DNA from: Dehalococcoidia bacterium
Lineage (GTDB): Bacteria > Chloroflexota > Dehalococcoidia > UBA6926
Reading direction: 5' to 3'
DNA length: 64,000 nucleotides
Assembly: GCA_963666115.2 (NCBI GenBank)
Contig: CAXXET010000008.1
Coordinates: 96,001 to 160,000 of the forward strand
Positions 19,175-28,196 of the stretch are shown in pieces (within the stretch, counting starts at the first letter, position 1; every line of letters begins with the position of its first letter). Both the position numbers and the translations under genes were made by a program. The notes beneath the pieces were generated by a model. It had not been told where the DNA came from and did no database searches. It was given only the letters and a program-made list of their open reading frames with translations.

Positions 19175-20575
19175 TCAGTTTTCCTGCACGGCTTCGATGA
19201 GGCGGTTGAGGCCGTCCTTGGCGTCGGCAAACAGCATGGACGTTTTCTCGTTGTAGAAGAGGGGGTTGTCGATGCCCGCGAAACCGGGGCTCATGGAGCG
19301 CTTGAGCACGATGATGTTGCGTGAATGGTCAACGTTGAGGATGGGCATCCCATAGATCGGGCTGTCCGTTACTTCGCGGGCGGAGGGGTTGGTGACGTCG
19401 TTCGCGCCCACGACGATGGCGACGTCCGCGCGCTCGAAGTCATCGTTGATCTGGTCAAGGTCATAGAGGCGGTCGTAGGGGACGTCCACCTCGGCGAGCA
19501 GCACGTTCATATGGCCGGGCATCCGTCCCGCGACGGGGTGGATGGCGTAGCGAACGTCGACGCCGCGCTCCTCAAGCAGGTCGGCAAGGTCGCGGACCTG
19601 CCGCTGGGCCTGGGCGACGGCCAGGCCGTAGCCGGGCACGACGATGACGGATTCCGCGTAGGCGAGCAGGACGCCGAGGTCTTCAGGGGAGCCTTCGCGG
19701 ACGGTCGCGCCCTCCGCCACGCCGCTGGCGGCCGCGCCACCGCTGCCCGCTCCGAACGCGCCAAACATGACGTTGGCGAGGGAGCGGTGCATGGCGCGGG
19801 TCATGATCTGGGTGAGGATGAATCCCGCCGCGCCGACGAGGGCGCCGGCGATGATGAGGATGGGGTTGCCGATGACGAATCCGGCGGCTGCGGCTGCAAG
19901 GCCGGAATAGGAGTTGAGGAGGGAGATGACGACGGGCATGTCCGCGCCGCCGATGGGCATGACGAGCAGGACGCCAAGAACGAGGCAGAGGGCTATGAGC
20001 GCGACGAACGGGATCGGGTTGGCTTCAAGGGCGACCTGGCTTGCGGCAAGGGCGAGGATCACGAGGAAGAGCAGCGCGCTCAGGATGTTTTGGAGGGGGA
20101 GTCGGACGGCGCGGCCCGTGATGACCTCCTGGAGTTTGCCCATGGCGATGGCGCTGCCGGATAGGGTGACCGTGCCGATGAGCACGCCGAGCATGATGGT
20201 GACGGAGGTGTCCAGGGACATCTCCGTGTTCGCGTCGTAGAGGCGGAAATACTCGGAGACGGCGATGAGGGCGGACGCGCCGCCGCCGAATCCGTTGAAG
20301 ACGGCGACCATCTGCGGCATCGCGGTCATCTTGACGAGGCGGGCAAAGGCGACGCCGATTGCGCCGCCAACCAGCACGCCGGCGACGATCAGCTCATAGC
20401 GGATGATCTCCTCGTTGATGAGGGTGACGATAATGGCGAGCAACATGCCGGACGCGCCAAGGGCGTTTCCCATCCGCGCCGTAGCGGGGGAGCCCATGTA
20501 GCGCAGGCCGAGGATGAAGAGCGCCGCCGAGACCAGGTAGGCGGCCAGGATGATGATGTCGCGGTCGAGCGTCAT
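19175..20575 (-). CDS. pntB: NAD(P) transhydrogenase subunit beta
   Basis: IGGADMPVVISLLNSYSG, HPVAGRMPGHMNVLLAE, GANDVTNP. Confidence 0.96.
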   Translation of the reverse strand: MTLDRDIIILAAYLVSAALFILGLRYMGSPATARMGNALGASGMLLAIIVTLINEEIIRYELIVAGVLVGGAIGVAFARLVKMTAMPQMVAVFNGFGGGASALIAVSEYFRLYDANTEMSLDTSVTIMLGVLIGTVTLSGSAIAMGKLQEVITGRAVRLPLQNILSALLFLVILALAASQVALEANPIPFVALIALCLVLGVLLVMPIGGADMPVVISLLNSYSGLAAAAAGFVIGNPILIIAGALVGAAGFILTQIMTRAMHRSLANVMFGAFGAGSGGAAASGVAEGATVREGSPEDLGVLLAYAESVIVVPGYGLAVAQAQRQVRDLADLLEERGVDVRYAIHPVAGRMPGHMNVLLAEVDVPYDRLYDLDQINDDFERADVAIVVGANDVTNPSAREVTDSPIYGMPILNVDHSRNIIVLKRSMSPGFAGIDNPLFYNEKTSMLFADAKDGLNRLIEAVQEN

Positions 20576-20877
20576 GACGACTGCCCCCGCCCGCGGTCAC
20601 GCCGGAACATGCGGAGCATTCGATCCGTGACCATGAAGCCGCCGACGACGTTGATGGTGGCGAGTATGACGGCGGCGACGCCCAGGATCTGTGTCAGGAT
20701 GCCCTCGCTTGAGCCGACGATGAGGAGGGCGCCGATGATGGTGATGCCGGAGATGGCGTTTGCGCCGGACATGAGGGGGGTGTGGAGCGTCGGGGGCACC
20801 TTGGTGATGACCTCAAAGCCGATGAATCCGGCCAAGACAAAGACGTAGATCGCGATCAGCAGGCCGCCTTCTAGCAC
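20572..20877 (-). CDS. pntA: NAD(P) transhydrogenase subunit alpha part 2
   Basis: LHTPLMSGANAISG, NVVGGF.VTDRML.MF. Confidence 0.94.
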   Translation of the reverse strand: MLEGGLLIAIYVFVLAGFIGFEVITKVPPTLHTPLMSGANAISGITIIGALLIVGSSEGILTQILGVAAVILATINVVGGFMVTDRMLRMFRRDRGRGQSS

Positions 20878-20880
20878 AGG

Positions 20881-22008
20881 TCAGTTCCTTTCACCGGGTT
20901 GGATGATTTCGCCGCCACGGGTTATCAGCGAATCGCGCAGGATGACGTCGTCCATGTCGATGACGGGTTCGCCGTCCCTGATCAGGAGGTCCAGAAAGCT
21001 CTGGACGTTGCGGGAGAACATGAGGCTGGCGTGGACGGGCATGGAGGAGGGGACGTTGATAGGCCCGTTGATGATGACGCCCCGGTAGTTGATGGCCTCG
21101 CCGGGGAGGGTCAGTTCGCAGTTGCCGCCCGTTTCCGCCGCGAGATCGACGATGACCGACCCCGGCTGCATGTCCTCCACCATCTCCCGCGTGATGAGCT
21201 TTGGGGCGGGGCGGCCGGGCACGAGGGCCGTCGTGATGACAAAGTCGGACGCGCCGACGTGACGCCGCACGAGGGCCTGTGAGCGGTCGCGCTCCTCCTG
21301 GGTTTGTTCTCTCGCGTAGCCGCCCGCCGTCTCGGCCTGTGCTCGCTGCAACTCTTCGTCCTGGATGAACGTCGCGCCGAGGCTTTCGACCTGCTCCTTG
21401 ACGGCGGGGCGCACGTCGAAGGCGGACATGACCGCGCCAAGCCGCCGGCCCGTCGCGATGGCCTGCAGGCCGGCTACGCCTGCGCCAAGCACGAGGCCAC
21501 GGGCGGGCGGCATCGTTCCTGCGGCGGTCGTCATCATGGGGAGGTGCTTGCCGAGGGTGTCGGCGGCGAGGACGGCGGCCTTGTATCCGGCGACGGATGC
21601 CTGGGAGGAGAGGACGTCCATGGGCTGGGCGCGGGCGATGCGGGGGATGGCATCGAGGCTGAACGACGTGACGCCGCGAGCGGCCAGCGCCTGGACGAGG
21701 TCGTGGCTGGTCAACGGCTGGAGGACGGCGACGAGGATCTGGCCGTCACGCAGCGATTCGGTCTCTTCGAGGGAGGGCGCGGCGACCTTGACGATGACAT
21801 CGGCGCTGGCATAGACGGTTGCGGCGTCCGGGGCGATTTCGGCGCCGGCCTCACGGTAGGCGTCGTTGGTGAAGAAGGCGCGCTCGCCGGCCGCGGATTC
21901 GACGAGGACATCGACGCCGGAGCGGGTGAAGCGGGCAACGGAGGGCGGCGCGAGGGCAACGCGAGCCTCGCGCAGGGCTGTTTCCGTCGGCACGCCGATT
22001 CGCATCAA
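20881..22008 (-). CDS. pntA: NAD(P) transhydrogenase subunit alpha part 1
   Basis: PRIARAQ.MDVLSSQ, GAGVAGLQAIAT, DLAAETGGNC. Confidence 0.95.
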   Translation of the reverse strand: MMRIGVPTETALREARVALAPPSVARFTRSGVDVLVESAAGERAFFTNDAYREAGAEIAPDAATVYASADVIVKVAAPSLEETESLRDGQILVAVLQPLTSHDLVQALAARGVTSFSLDAIPRIARAQPMDVLSSQASVAGYKAAVLAADTLGKHLPMMTTAAGTMPPARGLVLGAGVAGLQAIATGRRLGAVMSAFDVRPAVKEQVESLGATFIQDEELQRAQAETAGGYAREQTQEERDRSQALVRRHVGASDFVITTALVPGRPAPKLITREMVEDMQPGSVIVDLAAETGGNCELTLPGEAINYRGVIINGPINVPSSMPVHASLMFSRNVQSFLDLLIRDGEPVIDMDDVILRDSLITRGGEIIQPGERN

Positions 22009-22077
22009 TCCCCGCTCCTTTCCGTTTACTTATGGTACTACCCAACGGCGGCGGGGGTGTGTAGACTCAAAACTGTT

Positions 22078-22434
22078 ATGGGAAGATTCAGCGCGACTGT
22101 GCGGATCGCAAACTGGCAGGGCGAGAACGCCCAGGAATTCAACGCGGTCGTCGATACGGGCGCGGCGTATTCAATGCTACCGGAGTCCGCGCTCCGCGAA
22201 ATCGGAATCGAGCCGGTCGATGTCCAGGTCGTTCGATACGCCGACGGCCGGGTTGATGCGAGGCCGATTGGATGGGCACGCGCGTCAACCGACGGGCGGT
22301 CGGGCGAAATCGTGGTGATATTTGGTCCGGACGATGCTGAGCCTCTGTTCGGAGCACACAGCCTTCAATCGTTGAGGCTCATGGTTGATTCTCCGAACGA
22401 ACGGCTCGTTCCGCTCCCAGAAGCATACGTGTAG
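22078..22434 (+). CDS. Clan AA (retropepsin-like) aspartyl protease, copy 1
   Basis: VVDTGA ... LFGAHSL. Confidence 0.8.
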   Translation: MGRFSATVRIANWQGENAQEFNAVVDTGAAYSMLPESALREIGIEPVDVQVVRYADGRVDARPIGWARASTDGRSGEIVVIFGPDDAEPLFGAHSLQSLRLMVDSPNERLVPLPEAYV

Positions 22435-22453
22435 CGCGTGATCAGGTTGCGGC

Positions 22454-22810
22454 ATGGGAGCGTTCAAGACAGAGATCACGGTCAGCAAGCGAGAGGGCGG
22501 CGACAGCCTTGCGTTCGAGGCGTGGGTGGATACCGGCGCGGCGTACACGCAGATACCCGAGTCTGCCCTGCAGGAGCTTGGGATTGAGCCTCACCGGATG
22601 CTGACCGTCTTCTATGCGGATGGGCGCGAGGATGAGCGTCCGCTTGGAAGGGCAATTGTGGCAGTCAACGGGCTGGCGGAGGAAGTTCTCGTCATCTTTG
22701 GCCCTGATTCGGCGGAGCCGCTGCTGGGGGCGCATAGCCTACAGACGCTATTGCTCCTGGTGGACTCTCCCAGCGAGAGACTTGTGCCCGTTACCAGAGC
22801 GCGTGCCTAG
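22454..22810 (+). CDS. Clan AA aspartyl protease, copy 2
   Basis: WVDTGA ... LLGAHSL; tandem paralog. Confidence 0.8.
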   Translation: MGAFKTEITVSKREGGDSLAFEAWVDTGAAYTQIPESALQELGIEPHRMLTVFYADGREDERPLGRAIVAVNGLAEEVLVIFGPDSAEPLLGAHSLQTLLLLVDSPSERLVPVTRARA

Positions 22811-22831
22811 GCAGTAAACGCTCAGCCGGTC

Positions 22832-24202
22832 TTATTCGTGGGTTATTTCTGTGAAGCCGGTGTAGGGGGTTAGGGCTTGGGGGATTTGGATTGTGCCGTT
22901 CTCGCGCTGGTAGGTTTCCATGATGGCGATCATGACGCGTGGGAGGGCGAGGCCGGAGCCGTTGAGGGTGTGGACGAACTGGGGACGCGCGCCCGCCTCA
23001 CGCCGGTAGCGGATGTTGGCGCGGCGGGCCTGATAATCAGTGGTCGTGGAGCAACTGGAGACTTCGAGCCACTCGCCGCAGCCGGGCGCCCACACCTCGA
23101 TGTCGTAGGTCTTGGCCGACGCTTGCCCGAGGTCGCCCGCGCACAGTTCGACGATGCGGTACGGGAGTTCAAGGCGGCGGAGGATGGATTCGGCGTGGCC
23201 GAGCAGGACTTCAAGCTCCTCCAGGCCGCGCTCAGGCTCCGTGAACTTGTAGATTTCCACCTTGTCGAACTGGTGGCCGCGCTTGATGCCGCGGATGTCA
23301 CGGCCGGCGGACATCTTTTCGCGGCGGAAGGCGGGGGTGTAGGCGACGTAGTTGATGGGCAGCATCCCCGGTTCAAGGATTTCGCCGCGGTGCATGGAGG
23401 TTAGCGGCACCTCCGCCGTCGGGACGAGCCAGACATCGTCCTCGGCGTCCTTGTAGACGTTCTCAGCGAACTTGGGCAGCTGGCCGCTGGCGAAGAGCGT
23501 CTGCTCCGTGGAGACGAAGGGGGGGTAGACTTCGCGGTAGCCGTGCTCCTGCGTGTGGACGTCCAGCATCCACTGGATGAGGGAGCGTTGGAGTTTGGAC
23601 GCGGCGCCGGTGAGGACGTAGAACCGCGAGCCGGCGATGCGCGCGCCGCGCTCAAAGTCGATGATGCCCAGCGCGGGGCCGAGGTCCCAGTGGGGCTGCG
23701 GCTCGAAATCGTAGTCGCGGATTTCTCCCCATTGGCGCGTGACGACGTTGTCGTCTTCGGACGCGCCGTCGGGGACGGAGGGGTCAGGGAGGTTGGGGAG
23801 GTAGCTTAGGCGCTGGGTGATCCGGTCGTCCAATTGCCCGGTGCGGCCGGTGGCCTCATCGACGTCTTCGGAGAATTGGCGCAGGGCGGCCTGTAGGGAT
23901 TCGATGAGTTCACCGGCGTCGCCGCTTGTTTTGTCGCCAAGCAGTTCCGCGACGCCGGGGGCAGCGAGAATATCATCGGCGGAGAGGTCGCCGCGCCCTG
24001 CCCGTCCGCGCAGCATACCGAAGGTCTTTGAATGGGTGTTGAGCTGGGCACGGAGGTCGTCGGCTCGGGCCTGCGATGCGCGCCATTCGGCGTCGAGGGA
24101 GACGGCCTCATCCAGGAGGGCGAGCGCGTCCGCGTCGCCGCGGCGGGCTAGCGCGTGGCGAACCTCTTCGTGCGCGTCTCTGATCCGGCGTCTGTCGAGA
24201 AT
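22832..24202 (-). CDS. serS: Serine--tRNA ligase, apparently ATT-initiated
   Basis: PTAEVP, FRRE, HQFDKVE, EVSSCS, HTLNGSGLA; frame open up to ATT-CTC-GAC at 24202 with GGAGGT 6 nt upstream. Confidence 0.93.
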   Translation of the reverse strand: MLDRRRIRDAHEEVRHALARRGDADALALLDEAVSLDAEWRASQARADDLRAQLNTHSKTFGMLRGRAGRGDLSADDILAAPGVAELLGDKTSGDAGELIESLQAALRQFSEDVDEATGRTGQLDDRITQRLSYLPNLPDPSVPDGASEDDNVVTRQWGEIRDYDFEPQPHWDLGPALGIIDFERGARIAGSRFYVLTGAASKLQRSLIQWMLDVHTQEHGYREVYPPFVSTEQTLFASGQLPKFAENVYKDAEDDVWLVPTAEVPLTSMHRGEILEPGMLPINYVAYTPAFRREKMSAGRDIRGIKRGHQFDKVEIYKFTEPERGLEELEVLLGHAESILRRLELPYRIVELCAGDLGQASAKTYDIEVWAPGCGEWLEVSSCSTTTDYQARRANIRYRREAGARPQFVHTLNGSGLALPRVMIAIMETYQRENGTIQIPQALTPYTGFTEITHE

Positions 24203-24322
24203 TGGAGTACCTCCCGCAACCGTCCGTCATTCCCGCGAAAGCGGGAATCCAAAACCTCTGCCTCAGAAATGATAGCAGTGGCGCGGGGGCGAATCTCTTT
24301 TGGGGGCGGGGTGGTATGGCGT

Positions 24323-24351
24323 TTGACGCTATTAGCGCGGCGTGCTATGAA
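24323..24351 (+). promoter_or_regulatory. Sigma70-like promoter of second higBA (probably leaderless)
   Basis: TTGACG-17 bp-TATGAA with TG extension; GTG start 6 nt downstream. Confidence 0.5.
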
Positions 24352-24357
24352 TGGTGT

Positions 24358-24639
24358 GTGATAACGAGCTTTCGCGATAGAGGCACTGAGGCAGTCTTCA
24401 ACCGTCGGCCTGTCCGTGGCATCCCTCCAGAAGTACAGCGTCAGGCGATAAGGAGGCTTGAACAATTGAATAGAGTGCGGACCCTTGGCGAGTTGGCTCT
24501 CACACGAGGGAACGGGCTGGAGGCCCTGTCCAGAGACCGGCGAGGGCAGCACAGTATTCGCATCAACGATCAATGGCGCATTTGCTTCATCTGGAATGGC
24601 GGAAATGCGGGGCAGGTGGAAATCGTCGACTATCACTGA
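24358..24639 (+). CDS. higB: HigB (RelE family) toxin
   Basis: ITSFRD..TE, GNGLEALSRDRRGQHSIRINDQWRICF, EIVDYH. Confidence 0.92.
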   Translation: MITSFRDRGTEAVFNRRPVRGIPPEVQRQAIRRLEQLNRVRTLGELALTRGNGLEALSRDRRGQHSIRINDQWRICFIWNGGNAGQVEIVDYH

Positions 24640-24666
24640 TCATCTCAAGGAAGGAGACGTGGGTTT

Positions 24667-25047
24667 ATGTGGGAGGAGATACAAGGCGCCGAGAAGTTTC
24701 CCCCTGTTCATCCGGGCGAGATTCTGAAAGAGGAGTTTCTCGTGCCGATGGGCATCTCCCAGTACCGCCTCGCGAAGTCGATTGGCGTTGACCCGCGGCG
24801 GATCAACGCCATCGTCCAGGGCAAGCGGGCGATCACGGCGGAGACGGCCATCAAGTTGTCGCAGTTCTTCGGCACGTCTGCGAACCTCTGGATGGGCATA
24901 CAGACCGATTACGACTTGAATGTGGCGATGGACAAAATGGGCGTGTCGCTGCCCGAATATGACAACATTCCGGTCGGCGACCTGGAAGTTCCGGCGGATG
25001 CGCCTGAGTCGGCACGCAGACTGGTCACTTCCGGGGCAGGACGCTAA
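24667..25047 (+). CDS. higA: HigA family antitoxin
   Basis: PVHPGEILKEEFL, SQYRLAK, GKRAITAETA. Confidence 0.92.
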   Translation: MWEEIQGAEKFPPVHPGEILKEEFLVPMGISQYRLAKSIGVDPRRINAIVQGKRAITAETAIKLSQFFGTSANLWMGIQTDYDLNVAMDKMGVSLPEYDNIPVGDLEVPADAPESARRLVTSGAGR

Positions 25048-25306
25048 GCGAATCGGGCAGCAGATCGCCACGACAAGGGAGCGCGGGATGCCACTCAATC
25101 GCTATGTCAGGACCTACGGGCGACGCGCTGAGCGCAAGGGGCTGGAATCGGCCGCCCGGAGCAGGGCGCGCCGTCGCTTCGAAGTGGAGGCAATGGGTGA
25201 CGTCTGCGCGTCGTCAGGGTCAGATGAGGGCGAGCATTTGACAGGGGCGGAGGGGCACGGTGGATGTGCGTGAGTCAGCGGGCAGGCCGGAATCCGCGAA
25301 TCTCCC

Positions 25307-26119
25307 CTAGCAGTCTACGCGGGTGAAGTGCGGATTGCCGCCAGCGCCCCAACCGCAATCAAGGAATGCCTGAACTCGAGCCCGCAGCAACTGCGCTGCA
25401 CTAGGGTCAGTGAGATTGGGGATGACGAAGAAGACGCGGGCAAATCGACGGTGGAATCTGAGCGCAATGATTGAACCCGGCGGGCCGCTTATTCCCAGTT
25501 GTCGGCGCAGATTGGCCGCGTGAAAGCCTATCAGCTCTTCTGCGGGAGTGCGGTCAAGGTGTTGGTAAATCACCAGACTCTTGCCCGGCTCCCACAGTTT
25601 CGCCGCCTCTTGATACGTCGCGTGCTCAGGATTGATGCCGTTCGGATTGCCATTATCATCCGCTAGACCATTGTCGGGGTCCAGGAACACCACGTCGCAG
25701 TTCCGGACAGCATCGATGGCACGTTGGAACCATACCTCACGCGGCATGGCAGGGTTATTGACGGGATCACGGAAATACACGGTGTCTTTAGGCAGCGCGG
25801 CTGATTGCTCGACCGCTCCGACGGATCTCCGGTTGTTGCCAATGAGGCCGCTCAGGATGTCATATAGTTCTGGGTCGCACTGGATCAGGTCTCGCTCCAA
25901 GGCATTGGGGTCAAGGATGTACTTGAAGGCGAGGCCAAGTGGTGGCAACTGCCTCCGTACCGCAACGTAGTGCCAGATCACTCCGAGCCTCAACTGGCGC
26001 TCACCATCCCCGAGACCTGACGGTTTGCCGTCCACACAGCCTGCCAGGCCCTGAGTCAGAACGCGCAGCAGCCCGTACTTTCCGAAGTCTCCGATGTCCC
26101 CGACGTACTTGTCTTGCAT
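25307..26119 (-). CDS. Uncharacterised protein, possible RlmJ-like SAM-dependent fold (paralog B)
   Basis: YVGDIGDFGKY, VVFLDPDNG, SLVIYQH. Confidence 0.6.
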   Translation of the reverse strand: MQDKYVGDIGDFGKYGLLRVLTQGLAGCVDGKPSGLGDGERQLRLGVIWHYVAVRRQLPPLGLAFKYILDPNALERDLIQCDPELYDILSGLIGNNRRSVGAVEQSAALPKDTVYFRDPVNNPAMPREVWFQRAIDAVRNCDVVFLDPDNGLADDNGNPNGINPEHATYQEAAKLWEPGKSLVIYQHLDRTPAEELIGFHAANLRRQLGISGPPGSIIALRFHRRFARVFFVIPNLTDPSAAQLLRARVQAFLDCGWGAGGNPHFTRVDC

Positions 26120-26177
26120 TGCCCCTATCTCCTCCCTGTCATTCTCGCGCAGGCGGGAATCCCGAACGACAGGCTCG

Positions 26178-26741
26178 TCAAGCGATGAGCCGGCTTGCAG
26201 GCACGCCTGCGTCAAGCAGATTTTCGCGAGCCCTTCCGATGGCATCCTTATCTAGAGAGAGTATGAGGAAAGGCGCTTGGCAGAGGTAGCCAAGTCCGTA
26301 GACACCCGCTTCCGAAAGATACGCCAGTTTCTCCCGCATGACCTTGGTCTTTTCGTCCCGCTTGGCGTTGGCATAGCTCTGGTCAAAGACGAGTGTGATG
26401 TGCAGTGGCCGGCGCCCAGCTTCCAGAATGACCTCGTCGAGTTTTAGGTGGCTTGCGGATCCCTGATCCACGCCGGGGCGTCGAATCCCAGTGTTCGGGT
26501 CATAGAAGACATGCCCGTGCCAGTCCCCTGCGGTGACAGCTTGTTGCCAATCGGGGGCGCCTGTTATGCACTCGCCCCTCAGCACTTTGCCGCCGAGCAG
26601 TCGTTCGTACTCCGCGATCTGTTCACCGTTCCATTGGTCCGTGAACATCGGAACGATGGCCCACGGCTCGTCGGGGGCCAAGCGCTCGATTAGGAAACGC
26701 TTGGCGAGGTCGTATGTGTCGCCGAAGTAGTCTAGCTGCAT
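26178..26741 (-). CDS. Uncharacterised protein of the same family (paralog A)
   Basis: YFGDTYDLAKR, HVFYDPNTG, LVFDQS. Confidence 0.55.
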   Translation of the reverse strand: MQLDYFGDTYDLAKRFLIERLAPDEPWAIVPMFTDQWNGEQIAEYERLLGGKVLRGECITGAPDWQQAVTAGDWHGHVFYDPNTGIRRPGVDQGSASHLKLDEVILEAGRRPLHITLVFDQSYANAKRDEKTKVMREKLAYLSEAGVYGLGYLCQAPFLILSLDKDAIGRARENLLDAGVPASRLIA

Positions 26742-26761
26742 CTCTCCTCTTCCTCTTCTTT

Positions 26762-27806
26762 CTACTCCGTCCCATCGTCGGCGCCTAGGAGGTCATCGAA
26801 TTCGCTCAGGCCCTCAATGGCCATCGTTCGCAGCTGCTGCTTGATATCCCTGGCCATATGGCGAAATGTGACAGCCGTCATTCCGCCTGAGGCCACTGCG
26901 CCAACCAGGGGGATGGCTTTGCTGACTGCCCGTCCGAACGATTGCCGCGTTACGCGCACACCTACTTGCGCCGCTACGGTCTTGACGAGGGGGGTAGTAC
27001 CACGATCGCGCCAGGGCCGTCCTCGGCAGGTATTTTGCGGTTCCCTTGGCGGCCTGAGCGGCGACATACGCCAATCCCTTGTTTGCCACCTCAACGCCGT
27101 GGAGCGCGCCGAGGAGGAGGATCAGGCGGTTCTCTGCCTCCTCGTTCAACTCCAGTTCGCCCTCCGGAAAGAGGTCCGGCCACCCGTACAAGTAGGCCAA
27201 TTCCTGTGCGCAGACCAAGGCGTGCCAATAGAACTGCGCAAGGTCTGCCGGGATGGTGGCCGCCATGAAAAGCCCGCCAGGGATTCCCGTCATGGCGGAG
27301 AGACCCGCTGCGTTTCGCAGGTGACTGTTGATGGTGGAATCCGCCCGCTTGTCAAGGAATTCCATCGGGATTCCGGAATCAGACGGGCTGGCCTCAATAG
27401 CCAAGTCAACGACTATGTCATCTGCAGCTTCGTAATGGCCAAGTTCCTTCCGTAGATAGGCCTCACGGTCAACGCGAAAGCCGGGGACCTTCACTGCGGC
27501 CCCAATGAGCCGCCGCACAAAAACCTGCAGCCGATCATCTTCCATGTCTATGTCACCGATCTCCGAATCGCTCGTGGTTCCGTCGCCTTCCTTGAGCTTT
27601 CTCAGCTCCTCCATCGGATTCTTGCCTTCCGGGCCGTAGCCGTGCTCGACCAGAAAACGCGGGATGTCGCCGTATTCGAGCTTCATCACGGCCGCCTCCG
27701 CCCGCCGGTCGTGGCTTGGCACGAAGAATGAGCCGACTCGTTTCGTCTCCGCGCCGCATCCACACCAGCATTCGCCGGTTGGCATGAGCCTCTTTCTCTC
27801 CACCAT
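26762..27806 (-). pseudogene. CWCGCG Cys/His domain fused to EcsC-like protein; +1 frameshift in a C6 run near 26990 (real or sequencing error)
   Basis: MPTGECWCGCG..HD; VPGFRVDREAYL, GIPGG...TIPADLAQF, QELAYLYGW; continues LVKTVAAQVG...SKAIPLVGAV in another frame. Confidence 0.65.
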
Positions 27807-27855
27807 TACCGTTCTCCCTCCCGGAGTGTTCGCCCGACACTCGCTGCCGACAGTG

Positions 27856-27884
27856 ATTATCGACATGACACGCCGGCGTGTCAA
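27856..27884 (-). promoter_or_regulatory. Sigma70 promoter with a perfect 18-bp palindromic operator
   Basis: Minus strand TTGACA-17 bp-GATAAT; palindrome TGACACGCCGGCGTGTCA at 27866-27883. Confidence 0.7.
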
Positions 27885-27983
27885 GACGCTGGCGGCAGTA
27901 GGAAATCCTGCGCCATCAGCCGTTCTGCACCGCACCGAACGGGTGTGTGAGACTATGGGGGGTGGGGGTGCGTAATGAGATTT

Positions 27984-28160
27984 AGATTCCCGCTTTCGCG
28001 GGAATGACGGACAGTGGGCGGGAATGACGGACAGTGGGGGGGAGGGACGGAGGGGGCGGGAGGGACGGACAGTGGGGGGAGGGACGGAGGGGGGGAGACT
28101 GGGTTCCCGCTTTCGCGGGAAAAAGGAAGGGCCCTTCGACGGGCTCAGGGTGAATGGGGG
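27984..28160 (+). repeat. Mosaic of family A/B repeats with tandem GCGGGAATGACGGAC units
   Basis: Visible tandem partial copies upstream of the helicase. Confidence 0.75.
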
Positions 28161-28196
28161 GGTTGGGCGCTGGATACGCAGGGGTTTTTGGGGGAT

